Positions 9,015 through 17,881 of a stretch of DNA of 29,975 nt are shown here, piece by piece; the stretch's first letter is position 1, and every line of letters begins with the position of its first letter. Location: the NCBI GenBank assembly GCA_963789955.1, contig CAWBMV010000031.1, positions 1-29,975 on the forward strand, read 5' to 3'. Origin of the DNA: an uncultured Candidatus Rokubacteria bacterium. Lineage in GTDB: Bacteria; Methylomirabilota; Methylomirabilia; Rokubacteriales; CSP1-6. Both the position numbers and the translations under genes were made by a program. The notes beneath the pieces were generated by a model that was not told the origin of the DNA, did not search any database, and was given only the letters and a program-made list of their open reading frames with translations.

Positions 9015-9050
9015 CCTTGATACTAAACACGTGTTGATCTAATGTCAAGG
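9015..9050. promoter_or_regulatory. Overlapping sigma70-type promoters on both strands with central palindrome AACACGTGTT
   Basis: Minus: TTGACA (9043-9048)-17 bp-TAGTAT (9020-9025). Plus: TTGATA (9017-9022)-17 bp-TAATGT (9040-9045). Palindrome at 9026-9035. Confidence 0.72.
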
Positions 9051-9201
9051 CCTGGGAATCGCGCACGTTATGTGTGATGCGTCTCGCGGTTGAGGTATTC
9101 GCATCCCCTTCAATGATCGCGCGTGACGGGGACCGCGCAACCTTGTCTTCAGACGCCAGCGAGCGCACTATTCCCGCCACGGAGGTGCCCGAAAGGAATC
9201 C

Positions 9202-10263
9202 ATGACCTCAGTCGCCGACCTCGACACGCCGGTCGTCACCGTCGACCTCGACATCATGCGCGACAACATCCGCCGCGTTCAGACGCACCTCGCGCGGCAC
9301 TCCATCGGCAATCGGCCCCACATCAAGACCCACAAGATCCCGGCGATCGGACGGATGCAGATCGAGGCCGGCGCCATCGGCATCACCTGCCAGAAGCTCG
9401 GCGAGGTCGAGGTGTTCGTCGACGCCGGCGTCACCGACGACGTGCTCCTGACCTACAACATCCTCGGCCGCCAGAAGACCGACCGGCTCATGGCGCTGGT
9501 CAAGCGCGTGCGCCGCCTCACGGTGGTGCTCGACAACGCCGTCGTCGCGCGCGAGCTGTCGGACGCCGCCGCGCACGCCGGGGCCGACGTGCGGTTCCTC
9601 GTCGAGTGCGACACGGGCTTCGGCCGCACGGGAGTGCAAACGCCGGACGAGGCCTTCGACCTGGCCCGCGCGGTCATGCGACTGCCGCGGATGCATTTCG
9701 AGGGGCTCATGACCTTCCCCAATCGGGACCCGAACACGCGCGATTTCTTCGAGCGCGCGCTGGGGCTCTTCAAGCAGGCGGGTATCCCGGTGCCGGTCGT
9801 CTCCGGGGGCGGCACGCCCGCGCTCTTCACGGCGCAGAACTTCCCGATGCTCACCGAGCATCGGGCCGGCACCTGCGTCTACAACGACGCGATGGTCGTC
9901 TCGACCGGCACCGCCACCTGGGACAACTGCGCGATGCATGTGCGGGCCACGGTCGTGAGCCGACCGACGCCGACGCGCGCCATCCTCGACGCCGGCTCCA
10001 AGGTGCTGACCTCGGATCTCTACTTCATGAAGGGCTACGGACACGTGATGGAATATCCCGAAGCGGCGGTGACGGGCCTCTCGGAAGAGCACGGCACCGT
10101 CGATCTCTCCGCGTGCGCGGAGCGGCCGAAGGTGGGCGACGTCGTCCGCGTCGTGCCGAACCACTGCTGCGTCGTCACCAACATGGTCGACGAGGTCTAC
10201 GGCGTCCGGAACGGCGCGGTCGAGGTCACCTGGCCGGTCGCGGCGCGCGGCAAGGTACGCTAG
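9202..10263 (+). CDS. D-threonine aldolase/D-serine dehydratase (DSD1)-family PLP-dependent enzyme, alanine racemase fold
   Basis: DLDTPVVTVDLD, RPHIKTHK (PLP lysine), ECDTGFGRTGV, SGGGTP, DAGSKVL, SEEHG and PNHCC metal motif; SD AAAGGA. Confidence 0.93.
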   Translation: MTSVADLDTPVVTVDLDIMRDNIRRVQTHLARHSIGNRPHIKTHKIPAIGRMQIEAGAIGITCQKLGEVEVFVDAGVTDDVLLTYNILGRQKTDRLMALVKRVRRLTVVLDNAVVARELSDAAAHAGADVRFLVECDTGFGRTGVQTPDEAFDLARAVMRLPRMHFEGLMTFPNRDPNTRDFFERALGLFKQAGIPVPVVSGGGTPALFTAQNFPMLTEHRAGTCVYNDAMVVSTGTATWDNCAMHVRATVVSRPTPTRAILDAGSKVLTSDLYFMKGYGHVMEYPEAAVTGLSEEHGTVDLSACAERPKVGDVVRVVPNHCCVVTNMVDEVYGVRNGAVEVTWPVAARGKVR

Positions 10264-10280
10264 GCGGCCGGAGGAGAGCG

Positions 10281-10664
10281 ATGCCCCAGAACGCGGCGGA
10301 CAAGGATCGGACCGAGCGCGCCGAAGCGCTCATCGCGCGCATGAAGAAGGCGCGCGGCTACATCTATCCGGAGTGGGAGTTCGCGGCGCGCCAGGATCCG
10401 GACTTCGTCGAGGCCTACAACCGGATCTACGAGCTCGGGCTCGGCGAGGGCCAGCACGTGTCGGCCAAGGTGCGCGAGTTCATCGCCATCGCGCTCCTGG
10501 CGTTCCGCGGATCCGAGAAGACCGCCCTCGTGGCGCATATGGAACGCGCGATGCGGTTCGGCGCGACGCGCGAGGAGCTGTTCGAGGTGCTGGAGACGTG
10601 CATGGTCCCGGGCGGCGCCCCGACGTTTCATCGCGGGCTCAGCGCGCTCCTGGACCTCAAATAG
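10281..10664 (+). CDS. Carboxymuconolactone decarboxylase/AhpD-like family protein
   Basis: SD GGAGGAG; KVREFIAIALLA...AHMERAMRFGATREELFE; no CxxC. Confidence 0.85.
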   Translation: MPQNAADKDRTERAEALIARMKKARGYIYPEWEFAARQDPDFVEAYNRIYELGLGEGQHVSAKVREFIAIALLAFRGSEKTALVAHMERAMRFGATREELFEVLETCMVPGGAPTFHRGLSALLDLK

Positions 10665-10684
10665 CGGACTCCCGGAGATCGATC

Positions 10685-11819
10685 ATGGCCAGTGTGCGCG
10701 CGGCGGTGCTGGTCAAGCCCAAGACCCTCGAAGCGCGCGAGTTCGCGCGGCCCGCGATCGGGCTCGACGACGCGCTGCTGCGCATCGAGGCGTGCGGCAT
10801 CTGCGGCAGCGACTACGAGCAATACGAAGGCGCCCAGCCGCAGCATGAGGACTACACGCCCTACCCGGTGATCCCCGGACACGAGCCGCTCGGCATCATC
10901 GAGGAGATCGGCGCCCGCGCCGCGCGCAGCGCTGGGGCGTCGCCGAGGGCGATCGGGTCGCGGTGCGATCGGGCTACGGCTGCGGGCACTGCGAGGCGTG
11001 CGCGCGCTGGGAGCCGCGCGCACTGTCCCAAGCGCGGCGGCACCTACGGCTACACCGACGTGGGCAAGCCGCCCTACCTCTGGGGTGGCTACGCCGAGCA
11101 CATGTATCTCTCGCCCTACTCGGTGGTCAAGAAGATGGACCCGCGCATCCCGGCCGGCGTCGCCGTCATGTTCAACCCCCTCGCGGCGGGCCTCTCGTGG
11201 GCGGCCTCGGTGCCCGCGCACGAAGGCCGGCGACCGGGTCGTCATCCTCGGCGCGGGCCAGCGCGGACTCTGCTGCGTGATCGCCGCGCGCGCGGCGGGC
11301 GCCCGACAGGTCGTGATCACCGGGCTCAGCCGCGACGCGGCAGAAGCTCGCGCTCGCCCGCGAGCTGGGCGCCGACGCCGACGGTCGACGTCGAGACGCG
11401 AGGACGTGGTGGCGCGGGTGCGCGAGGTGACCGGCGGCGGCGCGGAGGTTGTCGTCGACACCACGCCGTACGCGCCGCAGCTCGCTCAACGACGCCGTCG
11501 CGATCGCGGTGCGGAAGGGCCGCATCGTCGTCGCGGGGCTCAAGGGTCTGCGCCCGACCCACGAGCTGCAGGTCGGACGAGGTGATCTACAAGGAGCTCA
11601 CGATCCGTGGCGTGCTGAGCATGCCGGTCGACGAGACGTTCCGCGCGATCGAGATGATCGAGTCCGGGCGCTATCCGTTCGAGCAAGATGCACACCTTGT
11701 CGTTCCCGCTCGAGCAGGCCGAGGACGCCATCCACGCGCTGGCCGGCCACGTGCCCGGCGTGAATCCGATCCACCTGGCGATCGTGCCCGGCGCGCCGCG
11801 AGTGACGTTACCTCGCTGA
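10685..11819 (+). CDS. Zinc-binding alcohol dehydrogenase (MDR family), about 9 apparent insertion frameshifts
   Basis: CGICGSD, PGHE, CGHCEAC...HC structural Zn site, GGYAEH, VILGAGQRG and YKELTIRG recoverable across three frames with no internal stop; end coordinate depends on the stitching. Confidence 0.85.
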
Positions 11820-11838
11820 GCGTCCCCGAGAGCGAAGA

Positions 11839-12990
11839 TCAGGTCAGCGCGTAGGCGCTGACCACGAGGGCGGCGCAGGCGATCACGAGCGCCGCCGACA
11901 CGTTGCCACCGGCGCCCACCACGAGACTCACGCTGATGGGACCGGCGATCTGCCCGAGCGCGAAGGCCGAGGTCAACGCCGCCATCAGCCCCGTCGCGCG
12001 CGCTCCCCCGACACTGCGCGCCTCCTGCATGCCGACCATCGTGATCACCATGAACGTGCCGCCGACCAGGAGTGCGGCGAGCATGATCGGCACGATCCCG
12101 GACCAGACGACCGGCAGCACGACGCCGAGCGCCATGACGAGATGACTCGCGATCCACAAACGTCGAGTGGTCACGAGGCTCCGCAGCATCGCGGTCGCCA
12201 GGGTCGAGCCCATCGCGGCGGCACCGAAGAGCGGCCAGGACCAGCCGAACACCGCAGGGTCGCGGATGACTTGCTTGGCCATCACGGGCAAAAAGGTCGC
12301 CGGAATGATGTAGCCGAAGCCGAATGCGCCGTAGCAGAGCACGAGCCGGATCGACTCACGGTCCCAGACCATTCCCCGGTCGGCCAGGCGCTCGGCGGCC
12401 GACCGGCGAGCCCGGCGAGCCTCGGAACACGGACCAGATCGCGACCGAGAGGAGCGAGTCGAGAGAACGCCGAGCACGATCCAGGCGCGCGCGGAACCGG
12501 CGCCGACATGCATGAGCGCCAGGCAGAGTCCACCGGCCAGCGCGATCCCCGTGCCGACTCCCGCGTACACCGTGTTGCCGAGTGCCGGCCGGTTCAGCGC
12601 CGCGAGGTGCTCGAGGGCCCATGCCGACACGTAGATGAGCACCCAGGCGCTCGCGACACCGGCGAGCGCGCGCAGCGCGAGCCACACCGCGAGATGGTGC
12701 TCCAGACCCATCGCGAGCGTCGCGAGGCCGATCGTGGCGAGCCCGACGCGAATCCCGATCGTCGCGGCGATCCGCCACCAGATCACCGACAGCGCGCCCG
12801 CGAGGTAGCCGAGATAGTTCGCCGACGCGAGCCAGCCGCCCGTCGCGATCGAGACGCCGGCGTCCTCTTGCATCATCGGCAGGATCGGCGTGAACGCGAA
12901 GCGGCCGATGCCCATCGCGACCGCGAGCGCGACGAGCCCGGCGAGCGCGATCGCGAGAGCGGATCGGCGCGCCGGCGCCTGCGCGATCAC
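11839..12990 (-). CDS. YbfB/YjiJ-family MFS transporter; locally scrambled by three compensating insertions near 12400-12460
   Basis: LAVAMGIGRFAFTPILPMM, LASANYLGYLAGA, YGAFGFGYIIPATFLP and FALGQIAGP; GTG 12990 overlaps the HAD gene TGA. Confidence 0.9.
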   Translation of the reverse strand: MIAQAPARRSALAIALAGLVALAVAMGIGRFAFTPILPMMQEDAGVSIATGGWLASANYLGYLAGALSVIWWRIAATIGIRVGLATIGLATLAMGLEHHLAVWLALRALAGVASAWVLIYVSAWALEHLAALNRPALGNTVYAGVGTGIALAGGLCLALMHVGAGSARAWIVLGVLSTRSSRSRSGPCSEARRARRSAAERLADRGMVWDRESIRLVLCYGAFGFGYIIPATFLPVMAKQVIRDPAVFGWSWPLFGAAAMGSTLATAMLRSLVTTRRLWIASHLVMALGVVLPVVWSGIVPIMLAALLVGGTFMVITMVGMQEARSVGGARATGLMAALTSAFALGQIAGPISVSLVVGAGGNVSAALVIACAALVVSAYALT

Positions 12991-13361
12991 GCAATGCCGC
13001 CTGGAGGCTCGCCGAAGAGCTCGACCAGCCACGCCTGAGATCCAGGCATGTCCGCTTTGAGGAATCTGAACCCCGCGCCGGTCGCGTAGTAGTCGTCGAC
13101 GTCGGTGTCGCCGATGTGGTAATACGCCGCCGCCTCGAAGCGTGACTTCACGGTCGCCAGCTCGTGCTTGAGGACCGTGAAGTCGACGGTGATCCGGAGC
13201 CGCTCCCAGAGACTCTGCTGGTGGCTGATCGGCCGGTCCGAGCAGCTCCCGACGAGATAGCCCAGGCGCTTGGCCGTCTTCACCAGCGCGATGGACACGA
13301 TGCCGGGAGGATCACCGACCTCCAGGGTGCCGTCGATATCGAAGCTCACGAGTGTCACCAT
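12987..13361 (-). CDS. Small cap-less HAD-superfamily hydrolase (124 aa)
   Basis: Motif I SFDIDGTL, motif II GSCS, Lys in VLKH, motif IV HIGDTDVD. Confidence 0.85.
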   Translation of the reverse strand: MVTLVSFDIDGTLEVGDPPGIVSIALVKTAKRLGYLVGSCSDRPISHQQSLWERLRITVDFTVLKHELATVKSRFEAAAYYHIGDTDVDDYYATGAGFRFLKADMPGSQAWLVELFGEPPGGIA

Positions 13362-13471
13362 CGTCCGAGTCCCGACCACGTGTAGCCTTCGGCGAGGCAT
13401 CGCGTCAAGTGACAAGCGTCACGCGTGCGTCAGTCGGGCCAATGATTTCGTCGATTTCTGTCGATTGGCCG

Positions 13472-13501
13472 TTTACCGAGTCCAATCCAGCCCGCTACAC
13501 T
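13472..13501 (+). promoter_or_regulatory. Promoter TTTACC-18-TACACT, 6 nt before ATG 13508 (probable leaderless)
   Basis: TACACT at 13496-13501; no SD before the ATG. Confidence 0.5.
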
Positions 13502-13507
13502 GACACG

Positions 13508-14773
13508 ATGACGACAGAGGCAACGAAGCCTCGCACGACGCCGAGCCGCGGCCGGCTGATGACGACGCTGTTCGCGGCGCAGGTGTGCGGCAGCACCGGA
13601 CACTCGATCGGGATGGCGATCGGCGGCATCATGGCCGCCGCCATCACCGGCACGAACACGTGGTCGGGTATACCGATCGCGGTCGGCGCGCTCGGCACCG
13701 CGCTCGCGAGCTGGCCACTGTCGCGGCTGATGGAGCGTTCGGGGCGCCGACCTGGATTGGCCCTCGGCTACGGCCTCGCCGTACTCGGCGCGCTGATCGC
13801 GATGGCCGCCGTGACGACCCGCAGCTTTCCCTTGCTGCTCGCGGGCATGGCGCTCTTCGGGATCTCACAGACCTCAAATCTGCTCAGCCGCTACGCCGCG
13901 GCCGACGTGAGCCCCAGCGCCCAGCGCGGGCGCGCGATGGGGCTCATCGTCTGGGGCTCGAGCGCCGGATCGATCCTCGGACCGAACCTGATGGAGCCGG
14001 CGCTGCGGTTGGGTCGCTCGTTCGGTCTGGAACCGACGGCCAGCGCGTTCCTGATCAGCGTCGCCGGCTACGCCGTGGCGGCGGTCCTCGTCGAGCTGTT
14101 CCTGCGCCCCGACCCGCTGGCGGTCGCGCGGCAGCTCCACGAGAGCGCGGCGCTCGGACGCTCGTCCGAGCCGGCGCGTCGTCTCGGCGAGATCCTGTCC
14201 GACGTCCGCGTGCAGCTCGCGCTGGCGACGCTCACGATCAGTCAGTTCGTCATGATCAGTACGACCTCGACATCGCCGGTCTACCTGCACGACCAGGGTC
14301 ACACCGTGCAGACGATCGGCGTGGCCGTGTCCCTCCACCTCGGCGGCATGTACGTGGCCTCGCCGCTGTCGGGGTGGCTGTGCGACCGCCTCGGCCGGCT
14401 CCCGATGATCGGGGTCGGCGCGATCGTGCTGATCGGCGCCGTGATGCTCGCCGGGCTCGCGCCGGGCAGCGATCGCGCGCTGGTCATTCTCGGCCTGTTT
14501 CTCAACGGTGTCGGCTGGAACTTCGCGTTCGTCGCCGGCAGCGCGCTACTCACCGACGCACTCTCGCCCGCCGAGCGAGCGTCGACACAGGGCATCGCGG
14601 ATCTCTTCATGGGCATGATGGGCGCGTTCGGCTCGGCGGCCGGCGGCATGATCCTGGGCGTGTGGGGATTCACGATCCTCAACGCGGTCGGCGCGGCGCT
14701 GGTGCTGGGCCCGTTGGGCGCCACACTACTCCGCCGACCGGTTCTAGCGTCGCTCTCTACTCCCCGTGGCTAA
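13508..14773 (+). CDS. MFS transporter
   Basis: About 12 hydrophobic segments; motif-A-like SRLMERSGRRPG and GWLCDRLGRLP; RYAAAD...RGRAMG. Confidence 0.9.
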   Translation: MTTEATKPRTTPSRGRLMTTLFAAQVCGSTGHSIGMAIGGIMAAAITGTNTWSGIPIAVGALGTALASWPLSRLMERSGRRPGLALGYGLAVLGALIAMAAVTTRSFPLLLAGMALFGISQTSNLLSRYAAADVSPSAQRGRAMGLIVWGSSAGSILGPNLMEPALRLGRSFGLEPTASAFLISVAGYAVAAVLVELFLRPDPLAVARQLHESAALGRSSEPARRLGEILSDVRVQLALATLTISQFVMISTTSTSPVYLHDQGHTVQTIGVAVSLHLGGMYVASPLSGWLCDRLGRLPMIGVGAIVLIGAVMLAGLAPGSDRALVILGLFLNGVGWNFAFVAGSALLTDALSPAERASTQGIADLFMGMMGAFGSAAGGMILGVWGFTILNAVGAALVLGPLGATLLRRPVLASLSTPRG

Positions 14774-14865
14774 GGCTGTTGAAACGGGCCCATCTGCTTC
14801 GTTGGCGCCCTCGACTGCGCGCTCACCGTACTCGAAGTACGGCTCGCGCGCAGCCTTCGGGCGGC
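14773..14865. repeat. Palindromic REP/MITE-like intergenic element, apparently truncated on the right
   Basis: Starts AGGCTGTTGAAA, an IS-terminus-like sequence; nested hairpin CTGCGCGC 14815-14822/14846-14853 and CCGTAC 14826-14831/14837-14842; between convergent genes; single copy in this window. Confidence 0.6.
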
Positions 14866-14884
14866 TCGGCGACAGTCCGGCCGG

Positions 14885-16501
14885 CTAGTCTTCGTCGTCC
14901 TTATCGTCTTTGTCGTCGTCGTGGTCGTGGCCGTGGTCTTGGCTGCCGTCGGGGGCCGCGATGTCGGGATCGATGAATATCGCGAGCAGCTGACCGCCCT
15001 CGACCAGCTCGGTGTCGGTGCTCACCTTGTGGGCTTGCACGTCGAGCAGGAACCAGCCCAGGCCGAAGATGTGCGCCGCGTCGATGATTCCCGAAGTCTC
15101 CTCGTCCTGCGTGATGAAGTCCGGTGTGCCCATCTGAGCCGGGTCGAAGAACTTCGGATTGTGGTGGGCGACCTCCACGAACTCGCCGGTCGAGATCTGG
15201 TACGCCCACACCTTCGAGACACGCGCGTTGTTGCCGGGGTCCTCGTCCATGACGATGCGGCCGAGCCGGTCGATCGTCACGTTGTCGAGCATGCCGTGGC
15301 CTTCGGTGCCCTTCAACAGCATCTCGATGCTGCCGCCGAGCTCGGGACGCTCGACGTCGTCGAATTGCAGGTGCCACAGCCGACAGTTCTGGGTCAGGCT
15401 CGCGGTGGTCACGAAGTAGAAGTTGTCGCGGTTGCGCCGGCGCGGATCCCATGCGCCGTCCTCGGGGCGTTGAAATCGCGTGACTCCGGCGGCGATCGAC
15501 GCCTGCTCCAGCGCCAGCGCGTCGAGCGAGGAAACGTCGCCGAAGTTATGGAGACTGAATCGACCCGAGCCGACGAACCCGCTCGCAGCGGTGCCGAGGC
15601 CGAAATCGTTGCTCTCCTCCGGCACGGGCTGGCCGTCGACCGTGATCTTCAGCCCGTACAGGGCGCCGTTGGTGAGACCGGCCCGGTCGATGATGCTCCC
15701 CTTGTTCGTTTTGGTGCCGACGTAGACGTAGACCTCGCTCGGGAAGGCGCTCGCAGTCGGCGCGGTGCTCAAGTTGCCGTCGTCGGTGAGCATCACGACC
15801 GTCTTCCGCTGCGGATGCGGGCTGGCCACCGCGTTCTCGTAGGACATCCGGCCCAGTCGCGGCAGCTGCCACGCCTCGCCGGCATGCGGGCCGGTGGCGA
15901 TCCGTGCCCACGCGCGCCCCTGCGACACCTCTTCACCGTTCAAGTAGATGCGCTCCGTCGCGCCCTTCCCCTGATGCCAGAACGCGCCGGGTCGCGCGAG
16001 ATCACCCGAGCAATGTCGCTCCCATACGGTGGTGCCGGGCACGTACTTCTCGGCCGCGGGATCCCACAAAAACACCTTGTCGGGCGACGGCGTGAAATCC
16101 TCGCCCTTCACGACCTCGAGCGTTCGGCGATCGATCTTCCACCGCGAGACGAAGGCGCCCTTCGAGCCGTGGGCGCGCGCGATGCCGTTGGCCGCGAGGA
16201 GCTCGTGATTCATGATGAGCGTGAAGTTGTGAAGGTCGCTGTTGAAGGCGCCCAGCCCGTCCGGGATTCCCACCATCCGGTAGCCGCGGATCGTGTCGCC
16301 GGTCGTGAGAATCGGTATCGTGCGCACGCCCGAAAGGGTCGGGAGCAGATAGGACTCGGTCGTCGTACTGGGCGCGATGCCATGGGCCAGCGCTCGTCCC
16401 GGCTTCAGGAGCGAGGGGCCGGCGAGCAGCAGCGGTGCCGTCGCCAGTGCGCCTTTCAGGAATGAACGCCGTCCGATCCGCCGCGTCGATCCACGCTTCA
16501 T
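14885..16501 (-). CDS. phoX: Tat-exported PhoX-like alkaline phosphatase (DUF839 beta-propeller)
   Basis: Tat signal GRRSFLK; IPDGLG, MNHEL, LGRMSYEN, FQRPEDGAWDP, LDNVTI, EDPG, ETSGI and DVQAH; SD AGGAGG; Pho-box-like repeats upstream. Confidence 0.78.
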   Translation of the reverse strand: MKRGSTRRIGRRSFLKGALATAPLLLAGPSLLKPGRALAHGIAPSTTTESYLLPTLSGVRTIPILTTGDTIRGYRMVGIPDGLGAFNSDLHNFTLIMNHELLAANGIARAHGSKGAFVSRWKIDRRTLEVVKGEDFTPSPDKVFLWDPAAEKYVPGTTVWERHCSGDLARPGAFWHQGKGATERIYLNGEEVSQGRAWARIATGPHAGEAWQLPRLGRMSYENAVASPHPQRKTVVMLTDDGNLSTAPTASAFPSEVYVYVGTKTNKGSIIDRAGLTNGALYGLKITVDGQPVPEESNDFGLGTAASGFVGSGRFSLHNFGDVSSLDALALEQASIAAGVTRFQRPEDGAWDPRRRNRDNFYFVTTASLTQNCRLWHLQFDDVERPELGGSIEMLLKGTEGHGMLDNVTIDRLGRIVMDEDPGNNARVSKVWAYQISTGEFVEVAHHNPKFFDPAQMGTPDFITQDEETSGIIDAAHIFGLGWFLLDVQAHKVSTDTELVEGGQLLAIFIDPDIAAPDGSQDHGHDHDDDKDDKDDED

Positions 16502-16562
16502 GCGAGCCTCCTGGGTGTGGGGAAGATCAGTGCAGTGCGTCGCCGCGGCTCTTATCGCAGGA

Positions 16563-16606
16563 ATAGATGATGGGAATGTGACGGATCGCCGATAAATGTG
16601 TGACGA
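16563..16606 (-). promoter_or_regulatory. Pho-box-like array of four 11-bp units
   Basis: Minus strand tcGTCACacat / ttATCGGcgat / ccGTCACattc / ccATCATctat, compared with the PhoB half-site CTGTCA(T/C) at 11-bp period; upstream of phoX. Confidence 0.62.
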
Positions 16607-16641
16607 GCTCAGGACGGCTGTGCGACGACGGCCGACGGGCT

Positions 16642-16658
16642 CGGCGCGTGACGCGCCG
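16642..16658 (-). terminator. GC hairpin downstream of the CoA-transferase gene
   Basis: CGGCGCG-tga-CGCGCCG about 15 nt after the stop; no U-tract. Confidence 0.3.
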
Positions 16659-16672
16659 GGAGACGAGATCCG

Positions 16673-17869
16673 CTAGACGACGCGATCCGAGCGCAGCTGA
16701 GCGATCTCGTCACTGCTCATGCCGAGCAGGTGCGAGAGGATCTCGTCGGTGTGACTGCCGAGAGCGCCGCCGGCGTGCGTGACACGTCCGGGTGTCAGCG
16801 AGAGCTTGGGCACGACGCCGGGCTGCGGCAGTGCGCCGAGCCCCGCGACCGGCACGTCGATGATCATCTCGCGCGCGCGGTAGTGCGGGTCGGCAAAGAT
16901 GTCGGCCATGCTCATGATCGGCGAGTGCGGGATGTCGGCGCCCTTGAGCTCCGCGAGCGCCTTCTCGAAGGGCCGAGCGGCGAACCACGTCGTCATCAGA
17001 TCGAGGATGACGGGAATGTGCTTCGGGCGCTCGGCGGCGACCGCGAAGCGCGGGTCGCGCGGAAGCTCCGGTTGGCCGATCATCGCGCAGAGACGCTCGA
17101 ACAGGTGCTGCGCCGGCGCCGTGAACACGATCCACTTGCCGTCCTGGGTCTCGAACGCGCCGCCGGGCCAGCCCGCGTGCTGCAGGCCGCCGCGCTCACG
17201 GACGACGCCCTGCCGGCCGTAGAGTGTCGCCGTGAATTCCATCACGCGGAACGCCGACTCGTAGAGTGCCGCGTCGATCCACTGTCCCTCGCCGGTAGCG
17301 TCGCGATGACGGAGCGCGGCCATCACGCCGAACGCGGTAAAGAGCCCCGTCATGTAGTCGGGATACACGGGCGTGGGGCGCGACGGCGGCCGATCGGCGG
17401 GCCCGTTCACGTACCAGGTGCCGCCGAACGCCGAGCCGATCGCCGCGTAGCCCGGGCCCTGGTTCAGCGGACCGGTCTGGCCGAACGCGGTGATGCGCGC
17501 CATCACGAGACGCGGATTGATCGCGTGCAGCGACTCCCAGCCGAGGCCCCAGCGCTCCAGGACGCCCGGCCGGAAATTTTCCAGGACCACGTCGCAGTGC
17601 GAGACCAGCCGCCGCACGATGTCCTGTCCCTGCGGAAGATGGAGGTCGAGCGTCATGAGCTTCTTGTTGCGGTTGTCGACCGCGAACCAGTACGTGCAGC
17701 CGTCCTCCGTCGGGCCGAGGCGCCGGAGATCGTCGCCCCGGCCGGGCATCTCGGTCTTGATCACCTCGGCGCCGAACTCGGCCATCAGCGCGCCGCAAAA
17801 CGGACCGGCGACGACCTGGGCGAGCTCGAGCACACGGATTCCCTCGAGCGGACGGCGGGGCTCTGTCAT
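16673..17869 (-). CDS. CaiB/BaiF family III CoA-transferase
   Basis: PLEGIRVLELAQVVAGPF, GAEVIKTE, NRNKK, ENFRPG, AFGQTGP, catalytic Asp in YPDYMTG, GEGQWID. Confidence 0.95.
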   Translation of the reverse strand: MTEPRRPLEGIRVLELAQVVAGPFCGALMAEFGAEVIKTEMPGRGDDLRRLGPTEDGCTYWFAVDNRNKKLMTLDLHLPQGQDIVRRLVSHCDVVLENFRPGVLERWGLGWESLHAINPRLVMARITAFGQTGPLNQGPGYAAIGSAFGGTWYVNGPADRPPSRPTPVYPDYMTGLFTAFGVMAALRHRDATGEGQWIDAALYESAFRVMEFTATLYGRQGVVRERGGLQHAGWPGGAFETQDGKWIVFTAPAQHLFERLCAMIGQPELPRDPRFAVAAERPKHIPVILDLMTTWFAARPFEKALAELKGADIPHSPIMSMADIFADPHYRAREMIIDVPVAGLGALPQPGVVPKLSLTPGRVTHAGGALGSHTDEILSHLLGMSSDEIAQLRSDRVV

Positions 17870-17881
17870 GGCGCGGGCAGT

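Noticed and set aside
9123..10664. 513-aa ORF overlapping the D-TA gene
   Set aside because: Arg/Gly-rich shadow frame; only the last 127 aa (from ATG 10281, with its own SD) form a real CMD gene.
13409..13466. Short GTGAC-N4-GTCAC dyad and GATTTC repeats between HAD and MFS genes
   Set aside because: Too short and degenerate to distinguish from chance.
14921..16465. Long antisense ORFs here and at 23752-25662, 16730-17896, 18768-20069 and 25819-26991
   Set aside because: Expected antisense shadows of GC3-biased genes; no motifs or start signals.
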